A DNA stretch of 64,000 nucleotides from Dehalococcoidia bacterium (GCA_965201145.1 CBDAVT010000002.1:1417084-1481083); one strand, 5' to 3'; counted from the stretch's first letter, positions 19,302 through 28,841 are shown. Numbers and translations are program-made. Notes: generated by a model from the letters alone, not told the origin.

Positions 19302-20508
19302 CAGGGCTATCGCATATGAAAAGAGCAGGAATTGGGTAAGATATTGGTTGTAGTTGAGTGGGAAGGGAGGACGGCATGTCCGAGCTAGAGGATCTGTTCG
19401 CTGACCTGGAGGATCCCCGCGCTGGCAACGCCCGCCGGCATTCCTTGCACGATATTCTGGTCATCGCCTTGTGCGCCATCATCTGCGGCGGCCAGACCTG
19501 CACCGATATGGAACTCTTTGGCCGGGCCAAACGGGAGCTGCTGCAATCTTTCCTGAAGCTGGAAAACGGCATTCCCAGCCACGACACCTTCTCCCGGGTG
19601 CTGGGAATGCTGGACCCGGAGGCTTTCCAAGGGTGGTTTATCGAGTTCATGGCCGAGTTTGCCCAAGGTGTTGAGGGAGTGGTGGCGGTGGACGGCAAGA
19701 CTTTGCGCCGCTCCTATGACCGGGCGGGGGCACGCTCGCCACTGCATCTGGTCAGCGCCTGGGCGGAGGAGCAGCGGCTGTCGTTGGGGCAAGTGGCCGT
19801 TGCCGGCAAATCCAATGAGATTAAGGCTTTGCCCAAACTGCTGGAGTTGTTGAACTTGCGCGGGAAAGTGGTTACCGCCGACGCCATGCACTGCCAGCGT
19901 CAAGTGGCACAGCAGGTGGTAGCCCAGAAAGGGGATTATGCCTTGGCGCTGAAAGGCAACCAGGGCCGGCTGCGGGACGATGTGCAGTTGTTTCTGGAGG
20001 ACCCGGACACCCCAGCGACCCAAGCCAGCGAGGTCAGCAAGGGGCACGGGCGGGTGGAGCGGCGGCAGGCCCGGGTCAGCGGGGACATTGACTGGCTGCA
20101 GGAACGATATGCCTGGCCCGGCTTGAAGGCGGTGGGCAAAGTAACGGCCACCCGGCAGTTGGCGGCGGCGGAACCGGCTCCGGGAGAACTGCACGAGGAA
20201 ACCCGGTACTATCTGCTGAGCCGGGACTGGTCGCCGGAGCGGTTCAATGCCATTGTGCGGGGCCATTGGGGAATTGAGAACCGGCTGCATTGGGTACTGG
20301 ACGTAACCTGCAATGAAGACCAGGCCCGCAACCGGAAAGGACACGGGGCGGAGAATCTGGCCTTGCTGCGGAAACTGGCTTTGAACCTGGCTCGGCTGGA
20401 ACCGGGCAAAGGCTCCATGCGCGGCAAGCTGAAACGGGCCGGTTGGGACGACAATTTCCTGATTAACATCCTGGCCCAATTCACTAAATTCCATATGCGA
20501 TAGCCCTG
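19302..20508 (+). mobile_element. ISAs1-family insertion sequence, copy 1 (1,207 bp)
   Basis: Perfect 17-bp terminal inverted repeats CAGGGCTATCGCATATG / CATATGCGATAGCCCTG. Single transposase ORF. About 99.6% identical to copy 2 at 44816-46022. Confidence 0.92.
19376..20503 (+). CDS. ISAs1-family (H-repeat-associated) DDE transposase
   Basis: Aligns by eye with E. coli H-repeat proteins: ENGIPSHDTFSRV, VAVDGKTLRRSYD, KSNEIKALPKLLELL, TADAMHCQ, DYALALKGNQGRL, HWGIENRLHWVLDV. Confidence 0.92.
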   Translation: MSELEDLFADLEDPRAGNARRHSLHDILVIALCAIICGGQTCTDMELFGRAKRELLQSFLKLENGIPSHDTFSRVLGMLDPEAFQGWFIEFMAEFAQGVEGVVAVDGKTLRRSYDRAGARSPLHLVSAWAEEQRLSLGQVAVAGKSNEIKALPKLLELLNLRGKVVTADAMHCQRQVAQQVVAQKGDYALALKGNQGRLRDDVQLFLEDPDTPATQASEVSKGHGRVERRQARVSGDIDWLQERYAWPGLKAVGKVTATRQLAAAEPAPGELHEETRYYLLSRDWSPERFNAIVRGHWGIENRLHWVLDVTCNEDQARNRKGHGAENLALLRKLALNLARLEPGKGSMRGKLKRAGWDDNFLINILAQFTKFHMR

Positions 20509-20518
20509 CCATCCGGGG

Positions 20519-20582
20519 CAGCGTTGCATTTAGGTGGTTTAAGTCAGGGCATAGGATTCGTTTTGGTATATCCGGGGCAATC
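20519..20582 (+). repeat. Repeat family R2, 5' half copy
   Basis: CAGCGTTGCATTTAGGTGGTTTAAGTCAGGGCATAGGATTCGTTTTGGTATATCCGGGGCAATC lies directly after the TSD of IS copy 1. The 3' half of the family is missing. Confidence 0.6.
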
Positions 20583-20687
20583 GCATTAATAATACCGGCC
20601 AACTCTCCTGGTTGACAGCAACAGCTTTCGGGGGTTATGATGTCTAGTTGATACTTTATATCAATAAAATCCAAACCGAGGTTTTAT

Positions 20688-21586
20688 ATGAACACGCAGC
20701 AAAAAGTGCCGGTTACCATCCTCACCGGTTTTCTTGGCTCCGGCAAGCGCATTTGGACGTTCTCAGCCGGGAATGGTCGGCGACTACGCCATCGCCGGAG
20801 GCTGGAGCCGGCGCGGTGCGGCGCTGGTGGTCGGCAATACCGAGGCCAACGGTTAGCGGTCTCCTGCTCCCGGCAGGTTTATGTGTATGACGCCGCGGCG
20901 TGGAGGTTTGGCGTTCCGATTCTCATCCCAGCACCGTCAGCGCGATTGCCTGGTCGAGAAGGGAACTGGCAACGGCCTGTTATGGTCAAGCGACCTTCTT
21001 CGACGCGTCCACCGGCGCGGCTCGCCAGAAGCTGGAGTGGCAAGGCTCTCTGGTTTCGATGGTACTGAGCCCGGACGGCGGCATCGTGGCCTGCGGCAGC
21101 CAGGACAACTCGGTGCACTTCTGGCGTCGCGCCACCGGGCATGATTCTATGATGTCCGGCTATCCCGTCAAGCCGTCGGCCCTGGCTTTCAATGACACCG
21201 GCACTCTTTTGGCTACCGGCGGCGGAGAGGCGGTGACGGCGTGGAGCTTCCGGGGAAAAGGGCCCGAAGGCACGCGGCCCGGCGTGCTGAAGTTTCATGT
21301 CGAACCCATAACGACGCTCACCTTCGCTCCCGGCGCGCTGCGCCTGGCATCCGGGGCGTGTGACGGCGCAGTGGTCGTGTGGGCGTTGCAGCGAAATGGC
21401 CGGGGCCGCCCGATCGGAGCCGAGGATTTGGGGGCCGCAGTGGCCGAATTATACTGGAGGCCCGACGGGAACGCCCTTGCCGGCCTCGACGCCCGGGGCG
21501 GAGTGACGGTTTGGCGGATGGGGCCAGCAAAGGGCCGATTCAGCTGCGCCCGCGCGCCGCAGCGACAAGGTGCGGAAAGAAAATGA
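20688..21586 (+). pseudogene. Decayed locus: the first ~20 codons of a CobW/G3E-type GTPase fused to a frameshifted WD40-repeat gene
   Basis: MNTQQKVPVTILTGFLGSGK (P-loop) stops matching immediately afterwards. The WD40 part is readable in three frames (VVGNTEANG / QVYVYDAAA / EVWRSDSHPSTVSAIAWS ... DGAVVVWAL). Confidence 0.6.
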
Positions 21587-21616
21587 GAGTCCGCTCGCTC
21601 ATTCAGGGGACACCCT

Positions 21617-21799
21617 CAGGGCTATCGCATATGGATTTTAAGAGGCCAATTGACGGTTAAATCTCCGTTTTTAACTGCTAAATTTGGGTAATTTAAGACT
21701 TAAACCGTTGGTTTTGATGTTGATTACCCAGTAAAGCGCCGCCAAAACATCGGAAAGTTCCGTTCTCATCCTGAAAATTTTTCATATGCGATAGCCCTG
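21617..21799 (+). mobile_element. MITE copy 2 (183 bp)
   Basis: Same terminal inverted repeats. Perfect 10-bp TSD GGGACACCCT at 21607-21616 and 21800-21809. Confidence 0.92.
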
Positions 21800-21818
21800 G
21801 GGACACCCTCGTTACTCA

Positions 21819-21848
21819 TTGACCCAGACATCGGTATTTGTTCATAAA
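21819..21848 (+). promoter_or_regulatory. Promoter-like TTGACC-N17/18-(T)CATAA(A) upstream of the SBP gene
   Basis: -35 TTGACC at 21819-21824. An AT-rich -10 candidate lies at 21842-21848, and the gene ATG is at 21869. Confidence 0.35.
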
Positions 21849-21868
21849 AATCTATCAGGAGAGATGTT

Positions 21869-23697
21869 TTGCCAAATCTAATGACACAAGGTATCAAACA
21901 TATTATGCCGGGGGCATTTGCACTATTTTTAGCGTTGGCGGTAGCCTGCGGGTCTCCCGCCGCCACCACGGAAAACGCGCCGTCATCTCCCGTCACTGCC
22001 GCGCCGGCGTCCACCGCGGTTCCGCCGCAGTCTTCGCCGACAAGCGGAGCAGCGGAACAGCCGGCCGCTGCCGCAGTTCCCCAGAAATCCTCGCCAGCAA
22101 CCGGGGCAGCGGAACAACCAGCCGTCGCTGCGGAACCGTCGCAGTCTTCACCAACAAGCGGAGCAGCGGAACAACCGGCCGCCCCGACGGTTGCCAGCGA
22201 ACCGGCCCCGGTTGACGTTGGGGAACGCCCCACCCTGAAGGTCGGCGTCATCTGGCTCAGCACCCCGATGGACCCGGTGGAAAGCGGGTGGGTTCCCAGC
22301 CAGTCGGGCCTGTCGGAAAACCTGTTCCGGTTGTCGGCCGCCGATATGAGCCCCGAGCCCTGGCTGGCTACCTAAGCCGAGCCCGTTGACGAACTGAACT
22401 GGGAAATTGGGCTGCGGACTGACGTTACCTTCCACAACGGCAACGTGATGGATGCCGAAACAGTTAAGGCTTCCCTGGAACGAACGGTCGCGATGAATGC
22501 GGGCACGGCCGACCAGCTGGCCATCGACAACGTCGCCGTTAAGGACGACCATACCCTCATCATTACCACCACCAAGCCCAATCCCACGCTGCCCGGTCGG
22601 CTGACCGGCCCCGCCGTCGGCATTCATGACGCGATGGCCGCCGAGTCTGCCGGAGAGGGTAATTTCATGGAGGCCGGCGCCCTGACCGGGCCGTACATGG
22701 CCACCCATTTTGTAATGGGGGAGATCCTGGAAACGGTAGCCAACGATAACTATTGGGGTGGCACACCCCCGCTAGCCGGCATTAACCACATTGCCATCCC
22801 CGACGGCAACAGCCGGGAGCTGGCCCTCCAGGCTGGCGACGTGGATATTGCCATCAACCTGTCTCCCGAGGGTACGCAAATCATCGACTCCAATCCGGGT
22901 ACCAGCAGTGAGACCGCGGGAGTTGGCACCTCGGTTTCTATGTGGTGGGTCAATTTCGAACGGGGCAACCTGACCGATCCCCTGGTTCGCCAGGCGGTGG
23001 CCCACGCCATCGACCGGGAGAGCATTGCCGCCGTCATTAATCCACCGGGCACCGGCTTCTACGCGGCCAACCTGCTGCCGGAAGCGCTGGTGGCGTGCCC
23101 GGGTGTGGACGGCTACGCCTTCGATCCCGACCGGGCCCGGGAACTGCTGGCCGAGGCCGGCTATGCCGACTCCGACGGGGACGGCATCGTCGAAAAGGAC
23201 GGACAGCCCCTGCAGCTAATCATCGGCGCTTACCCGCATCGGCCCCAGCTGCCCATCATGGCCGAATCGGCCCAGGCCATGTTAGGCGAAGTGGGTATCG
23301 GGGTTGAAGTGTTGATTACCGAGTGGTCCAAGATTCAGGAACCGGGTTGGGACCTGTTCGGGTGGTTCAACTCTGTCATCGAAGCCGGCGACCCCATCTT
23401 GAACGTCAGCAAGTTTGCCGGTCTGGAAGCCAATGACGAGGCCGGCGGCGCCAACAACTACGGGCAGTACGACAATGCTCCCCTGGCGGAAGTAATCGCT
23501 CAATCCGGCAGCGTGGCCGACCTGGAAGAGCGAAAGCAAATCGCCTGTGACGCCCTGGAGGTGGTAACCGACGATGTTGCCTCCTGCCCGTATCCCACGG
23601 GTACATGGTGTACGGCGTCAGCGAGGACGTAACCGGGTTTGAGCCGCATCCCACCCGCTACTACTTCGTTGACCATCGGATTGGGCTGGCCGAGTAA
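21869..23697 (+). pseudogene. ABC transporter substrate-binding lipoprotein (family 5, peptide/nickel type), with an in-frame TAA and a frameshift
   Basis: Lipobox LAVAC. In-frame TAA at 22373-22375 sits between PWLAT and AEPVDELNWEIGLRTDVTFHNG. The C-terminus continues in another frame after ~23583 (LPVSHGYMVYGVSEDVTGFEPHP...) to TAA at 23695-23697. Confidence 0.8.
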
Positions 23698-23736
23698 TCG
23701 ACTGCGGGCCTACATAATCAGGATTGTAACTTTGTT

Positions 23737-24684
23737 ATGAGAGCATACCTGGTCCGGCGTCTGGCTACGCTGCCACTACTGCTGCTGGGGGTAACGGCGG
23801 CCAGTTTCCTGTTATTGAATCTGGCCCCGGGCGACTCGGCCGAGATTGTGTGGCGCCAGCGCAATTCCTGGCAATTGCCCAACCCGGCAGCGGTGGCAGC
23901 CATGCGCACCGAGCTGGGCCTGGATGCTCCCCTGCCGGTGCAGTACTTCAGTTGGGTGTGGGGGGCCCTGCGGGGCGACATGGGCAAATCCTTCATCAAG
24001 GAACGGCCCGTGGCGAAGGACCTGGCCCGTCGCACCGTCCCCACGGCCGTGCTGACGGCCACCGCCCTGGCGCTGGCGTTGGCGGTGGCCGTGCCGGTGG
24101 GCATCCTGTCCGCCCGCCGTCGGGGCAGCCTGGTGGATACGGCGGCCCGGCTGGTGGCCCTGGTGGGCGCTGCGGCCCCCTCCTATGTCCTGGGCTTCGG
24201 GTTGATAATCCTGTTTGCGGTGAAACTATCCTGGCTGCCGGCCGTGGGTTACGGGTCACCGCTCCAGGTGGCGCTTCCCGCCATCACTCTGTCCCTGGCC
24301 CCCATGGCCCAGATGATGCGGCTAATCCGGGCCAGTATGCTGGAAACCCTGGGGCAGGACTACATCCGCACGGCCCGGGCCAAGGGGCTTTCCGAGAGCG
24401 CCCTTGCCTACCGACATGCGCTGAGCAACGCCCTGCTGCCCGCCATTGGCGCCATTGGCGTCAACCTGGGCTACCTGCTCAGCGGCGCCGTCATCGTGGA
24501 GTCCGTATTCGCCTGGCCCGGGCTGGGTCAGCTGATGGTCTCCGCCGCCATGACCCGGGACTACCCGGTGGTGCAGGGATTCGTGAGCTACGTGGCGGTG
24601 CTGGTGCTGCTGGTCAATCTGGTCGCCGACATTGCCCTGCGATTTGCCGACCCGCGCCTGACCTTCGGACGAGACGAGGTGTAG
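23737..24684 (+). CDS. ABC transporter permease (DppB/OppB-like)
   Basis: MRAYLVRRL...LNLAPGD N-terminus and the EAA-type loop IRTARAKGLSE. Confidence 0.85.
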   Translation: MRAYLVRRLATLPLLLLGVTAASFLLLNLAPGDSAEIVWRQRNSWQLPNPAAVAAMRTELGLDAPLPVQYFSWVWGALRGDMGKSFIKERPVAKDLARRTVPTAVLTATALALALAVAVPVGILSARRRGSLVDTAARLVALVGAAAPSYVLGFGLIILFAVKLSWLPAVGYGSPLQVALPAITLSLAPMAQMMRLIRASMLETLGQDYIRTARAKGLSESALAYRHALSNALLPAIGAIGVNLGYLLSGAVIVESVFAWPGLGQLMVSAAMTRDYPVVQGFVSYVAVLVLLVNLVADIALRFADPRLTFGRDEV

Positions 24685-24690
24685 CCGACC

Positions 24691-25596
24691 GTGGCTAGCG
24701 CTGCCCAACATACCGGGGAGAATGCTCCTACCCGGACCCGGTCCGGCGACATCAGCCGCCGGCGGTGGCTGGTGCTGCTGCGGGAACCGGGGACGGCGTT
24801 GGGGCTGTTCCTGGTAGTATCCCTGTTGTTGATGGGGCTGTTGGCGCCCTGGCTGCCCCTGGCCGACCCCACTAAAATCAGCTTGGCCGACCGCCTGCTG
24901 GGGCCGTCGCCGGAGCACCTGCTGGGTACCGACCATCTGGGGCGAGACACCTTCAGCCGAATCGTGCACGGCGCCCGTATGACGCTGCTGAACTCGGCGG
25001 CCACCCTGGCCATCAGCATGACCATTGCCCTGACGGTGGGCATCCTGTACGGCTACCACGGCGGCTGGCTCGATACGGCCCTGATGGGGGTGGTGGACCT
25101 GCTGTTAGCATTCCCGTCGCTGATCCTGGCGCTGGCGGTGGCCGGAGCTTTGGGTCCCGGCCTGTTCAACGTGCTGCTGGCGGCCGGCGCCGTGTGGTGG
25201 GTAGGCCACGCCCGCATCATCCGCGGCGTAACGCTGGCGGCCCGTCAGCAGGAGTACGTAACCGCCGCTCGGGCCGCCGGAGCGAGCAACCGGCGCATCA
25301 TTCTCCGACACATCGCGCCGAATATCCTCGGCCCGATTATCGTCATTGCCTCCCTGGATGTCGGCTGGATTATCCTGGGCATTGCCGGGCTAAACTTCCT
25401 GGGCCTGGGGGCGCAGCCGCCCACGCCGGAATGGGGCGCCATGCTCAACGACGCCCGTCCACACCTGCAAACCGCGCCCCGCCTGCTGCTGCTGCTGCCC
25501 GGCATCGCCATATTCGTCGCGGTGCTGGGATTCAACCTGCTGGGCGACGGCCTGCGCGACCTGCTTGACCCTCGAACAGCGCATACGTCGGGTTGA
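24691..25596 (+). CDS. ABC transporter permease (DppC/OppC-like)
   Basis: LLGTDHLGRDTFSRIVHGAR and YVTAARAAGASNRRIILRHI are typical DppC motifs. The exact start is uncertain. Confidence 0.8.
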   Translation: MASAAQHTGENAPTRTRSGDISRRRWLVLLREPGTALGLFLVVSLLLMGLLAPWLPLADPTKISLADRLLGPSPEHLLGTDHLGRDTFSRIVHGARMTLLNSAATLAISMTIALTVGILYGYHGGWLDTALMGVVDLLLAFPSLILALAVAGALGPGLFNVLLAAGAVWWVGHARIIRGVTLAARQQEYVTAARAAGASNRRIILRHIAPNILGPIIVIASLDVGWIILGIAGLNFLGLGAQPPTPEWGAMLNDARPHLQTAPRLLLLLPGIAIFVAVLGFNLLGDGLRDLLDPRTAHTSG

Positions 25597-25690
25597 TTTT
25601 CCGCCGGCTGCCGCCTGGAAAGCAACGGCTGTTTAAGTTGACTACCACCGGGAATTTGGGTGCTGCGCCCTCATCCCGGCCGGGCGGCGG

Positions 25691-25803
25691 CCTTCACCCC
25701 CGGCCCCTCTCCCTCAGGGAGAGGGGAGAGTATGCTTGGTGGGACGACTGCTTCACCGGCCAGATTTCCCCTCTCCTCGCGGGATAGGGGTTAGGGGTGA
25801 GGG
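25691..25803. repeat. REP-like composite palindromic element, copy a
   Basis: CCTTCACCCCCGGCCCCTCTCCCtcaGGGAGAGGGG ... CCCCTCTCCtcgcGGGATAGGGGTTAGGGGTGAGGG. Two internal hairpins are bracketed by the CCCTCACCCC / GGGGTGAGGG arms. Confidence 0.75.
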
Positions 25804-25828
25804 ATCTCGGGTCTAATGCAGTGGAAGG

Positions 25829-25905
25829 TGGTGGGCCTGGATGGACTCGAACCAACGACCTCGGTCTTATCAGGACCGCGCTCTAACCGCCTGAGCTACA
25901 GGCCC
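25829..25905 (-). tRNA. tRNA-Ile (anticodon GAU), CCA encoded
   Basis: The reverse complement (rc) folds as acceptor GGGCCTG/CAGGCCC, D arm GCTC..GAGC, anticodon arm CGGTC-CTGATAA-GACCG, and T arm GTTGG-TTCGAGT-CCATC (one U-U mismatch). Confidence 0.85.
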
Positions 25906-25937
25906 ACAAGGGGAAGCCGATACATCAGCTACTTGAT

Positions 25938-25966
25938 ATTATAACACCCACCGGCCTGTCAATCAA
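25938..25966 (-). promoter_or_regulatory. Sigma70-like promoter for tRNA-Ile (TTGATT-N17-TATAAT, overlapping TTGACA)
   Basis: The reverse complement (rc) reads TTGATTGACAGGCCGGTGGGTGTTATAAT. The -10 lies about 32 nt before the tRNA 5' end. Confidence 0.55.
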
Positions 25967-25981
25967 CACCCACCACAGACA

Positions 25982-26164
25982 CAGGGCTATCGCATATGGA
26001 TTTTAAGATGCCAATTGACGGTTAAATCTCCGTTTTTAACTGCTAAATTTGGGTAATTTAAGACTTAAACCGTTGGTTTTGATGTTGATTACCCAGTAAA
26101 GCGCCGCCAAAACATCGGAAAGTTCCGTTCTCATCCTGAAAATTTTTCATATGCGATAGCCCTG
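25982..26164 (+). mobile_element. MITE copy 3 (183 bp)
   Basis: Perfect 10-bp TSD ACCACAGACA at 25972-25981 and 26165-26174. Confidence 0.92.
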
Positions 26165-26177
26165 ACCACAGACATTG

Positions 26178-26287
26178 ATAGCGTTCCGTAATAAGTGGTC
26201 GAGATGTAGGGGCAAGCACCGGGATTGTCCCGGCGGTACCGGAACGAATACTATACCCTGACTTAAACCACCTAAATTGCAACACTG
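26178..26287 (-). repeat. Repeat family R2, full copy
   Basis: The reverse complement (rc) reads CAGTGTTGCAATTTAGGTGGTTTAAGTCAGGGTATAGTATTCG...CCGGGACAATCCCGG...GACCACTTATTACGGAACGCTAT. The pairing arms are preserved with G-U changes relative to the copy at 7831-7939. Confidence 0.6.
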
Positions 26288-26434
26288 CCCTGAGAAATAC
26301 CCTATTGAACTACCTTCAATCACTACCTATAATAGTTGACGGCCTCGGGGCGACTTGCCGGGCCGGCGGCGGTGTTTGGATACGCGCCGGCGTAACTGAA
26401 TCTGCATCAGGTCAGTAGGAAACGAAGGAGTAGT

Positions 26435-28841
26435 ATGAAGGTCATCAAGTTATATCCAGTCTGGTTGACGATTGCGCTGGTTTGTGTAGTCGGGGCAATA
26501 GGCATAGCGCAATCGACGACAGCGGACGTGCCGACGCCGCAATTCCACCTGCTGCCCGATGACCCGGACAGCGCCTTCTTTGGCCCGCCAACAAAGCCGT
26601 TTATCACATACAAGTCGGGCGTGGGTGAGCTGCACGTACTCTACTTCCCGGGAGATAAATATCCCTGAGTCTAAGGGTACAACCGACGGTTTCCAGGCCT
26701 GCAAGACCACCCCTGGCGAAGAGCTGGAGGATGAGGATTGTGCGGATGCAACAACCGTCACCAATCACCCCCATAACGACAAATACAAGAAGTACACCTT
26801 TACGTCCTTGGGAACTAGCACCAAGTACCGGGTCGGTATGCGCTGGAAGAAATCCGACAACACCTATACCGAGATAACTTCGACGCTGGCGACAACGGAC
26901 CTGAAGCTCAGCCCGCCCGAAGACATGACGGTAGTGCCTTCCGGCCAGTGGCATGAGGACAGCACCGACACGACGAGCTTCCTGGTCAGCTGGAATGTGA
27001 ATTTTACCGGCGCAGATAACCCCAGCTCCAGATTTTGGTCTCGCTGGGAAGACGACGATTGGTACGAATGGGTATGGCCCAACTGGTACTGGGGCGGCTC
27101 TCAGAAAGAGCTTTATATCTGGGACTATGACGAGAATCCTGCGGGACAACCCGAGGGCAAAAAGTTTCACGTAAAGGCGACCGCCGTTGACCTTCATGGA
27201 CCGTGGATGGAAAGCGACGAAACCGAAGTGGTCTTCACTCCGAATTCAGGGACGCTGGATAAGCCCGAGAACGTTACGGTAGAGAACGGAGACCGGGAGT
27301 TCACGGTTAGCTGGGACGCCGTTGAAAATGCCGGGCGCTACGACGTGTATTATCGGTGGACGAGTGCAACGAAAGAGAAGGACAAGGAGTGGAAGCTCTA
27401 CGTTACCGATAAGACCGAGAAGTTCATCTGGGACCGAATTCAGAACTGCGCAACATACGAGGTGCGCGTAATAGCGCAAGCCGACTTCTGGCGCCAGAGC
27501 GATGACTCGGATACAGTCGTTGCCGAACCTAATGACCATCTGGGTCTTTGCCCACCTACCATCCCTCTGGTAGCGCCCGAGAACCTGACTGCCACGGCAA
27601 ATGCCACGAGTACCGGCTTCACGGTTAGCTGGGATTCCGTTCCGCAAGCGCATTGGTACGACCTGGAGATCCGTACCGGAACACAGTCCTGGTCGCATAA
27701 TGGCGGCTGGATTATTTACGACTCGGTTGGCACCTCGGTACTGATTGAAGATGACGAATGGTATGACCTGGATCTGCAAAACGGCGAATATGAGGTCCGC
27801 GTAGGCGCCAGAGCTAAGGGTGGCTACCCCGGCCCTTGGGAACATACTACAGTCACGATAACCGGGTTCACTGGAGGCACCGGAACCGGGCTGACCAGCG
27901 CCTTCAGCGATATCCAGATAGAGGAAGACATGACCATGGAAGTGGACATGTCTGACCACTTCACCGGCGATGACCTGTCCTTCGATGTGATGGTCACCAC
28001 CACCAACCAGAATACCGGCGCCGAAAAGACCGGCGAGCTTAACTCGATAGCCGTCAACAAGGTAACCGGGACCTGGGATGGAGCGGTGCTGACGCTGCTG
28101 GGCGGCCCGGCTAAGGCGCAGGATCTGAGGGTGAAAGTCATCGCCACCGGCGGGGACGAAAATTCGGCCAGCGACTCCTTCACGCTGGCGTTGGTGGACG
28201 ATGTTTCGGCAACGCCTGAACCCACCCCGGAACCGACACCTGCGCCCACTCCTGAACCTACCCCGGAGCCGACACCTGCGCCCACTCCTGAACCTACCCC
28301 GGAGCCAACGCCCGCGCCCACTCCTGAACCTACCCCGGAGCCCACCCCGGAGCCGACACCCGAGCCCACTCCGGAACCCACCCCGGAGCCGACACCTGCG
28401 CCCACTCCGGAGCCTACGCCTACGCCGGAGCCAACGCCCGCGCCCACTCCGGAACCCACCCCGGAGCCCACGCCCGCGCCTACTCCGGAGCCTACGCCTA
28501 CTCCGGAGCCTCAGAATCCGGCGGACCTGATTGACGAGTTCAACAATGTTGAGCTGTCCGAGGGTGAAACCAGCGCGCTGGATATGACCAGCCACTTCAG
28601 CGGCGACGGGCTGACCTACGCTGTGGAAGTGACGACAACGCACCAGCGTACCGGAGCGACCAAGACCGGAGCGTTGAATTCAGTGGCCCGGAACAAGGTC
28701 TCGGGTTCCTGGAACGGAAGCGTCCTGACCCTGACCGGCGGTCACGCGGCATCCCAGACCCTGACCATCAAGATAACCGCCACCGACCAGTACGGCGGCA
28801 CGGCCAGTGATGAGTTTACCTTTACCCTGGACAACGACTAG
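26435..28841 (+). CDS. Large secreted surface protein (FN3-like repeats, two cadherin/Big-like domains, long Pro-Thr linker); the signal peptide is out of frame with the body
   Basis: The signal-peptide ORF at 26435-26668 and the 760-aa ORF at 26559-28841 join as ...[18 protein letters not shown] if the CCC run at 26663-26665 were CC. Repeated W..V..A..Y.V.YR FN3-like units are present, and the segment [15 protein letters not shown]... occurs twice. Confidence 0.7.
28210..28510 (+). repeat. In-frame tandem DNA repeat encoding the ([12 protein letters not shown])n linker
   Basis: Reiterated CCCACTCCTGAACCTACCCCGGAGCCGACACCTGCG-type units (18/36-bp periodicity) lie inside the CDS. Confidence 0.85.

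Noticed and set aside
19385-20674. 429-aa and 390-aa minus-strand ORFs antisense to the two transposase genes (the second at 44899-46071)
   Set aside because: The plus-strand product aligns along its full length with ISAs1/H-repeat transposases. The antisense ORFs run across the IS ends into unrelated flanks, so they cannot be element-encoded genes.
28210-28510. Regular short repeats that could be mistaken for a CRISPR array (the PT linker, and the 33-bp repeats at 42321-42419)
   Set aside because: There are no unique spacers between the repeats. The periodicity is a multiple of 3, the repeats are in frame within CDSs, and no cas genes are in the window.
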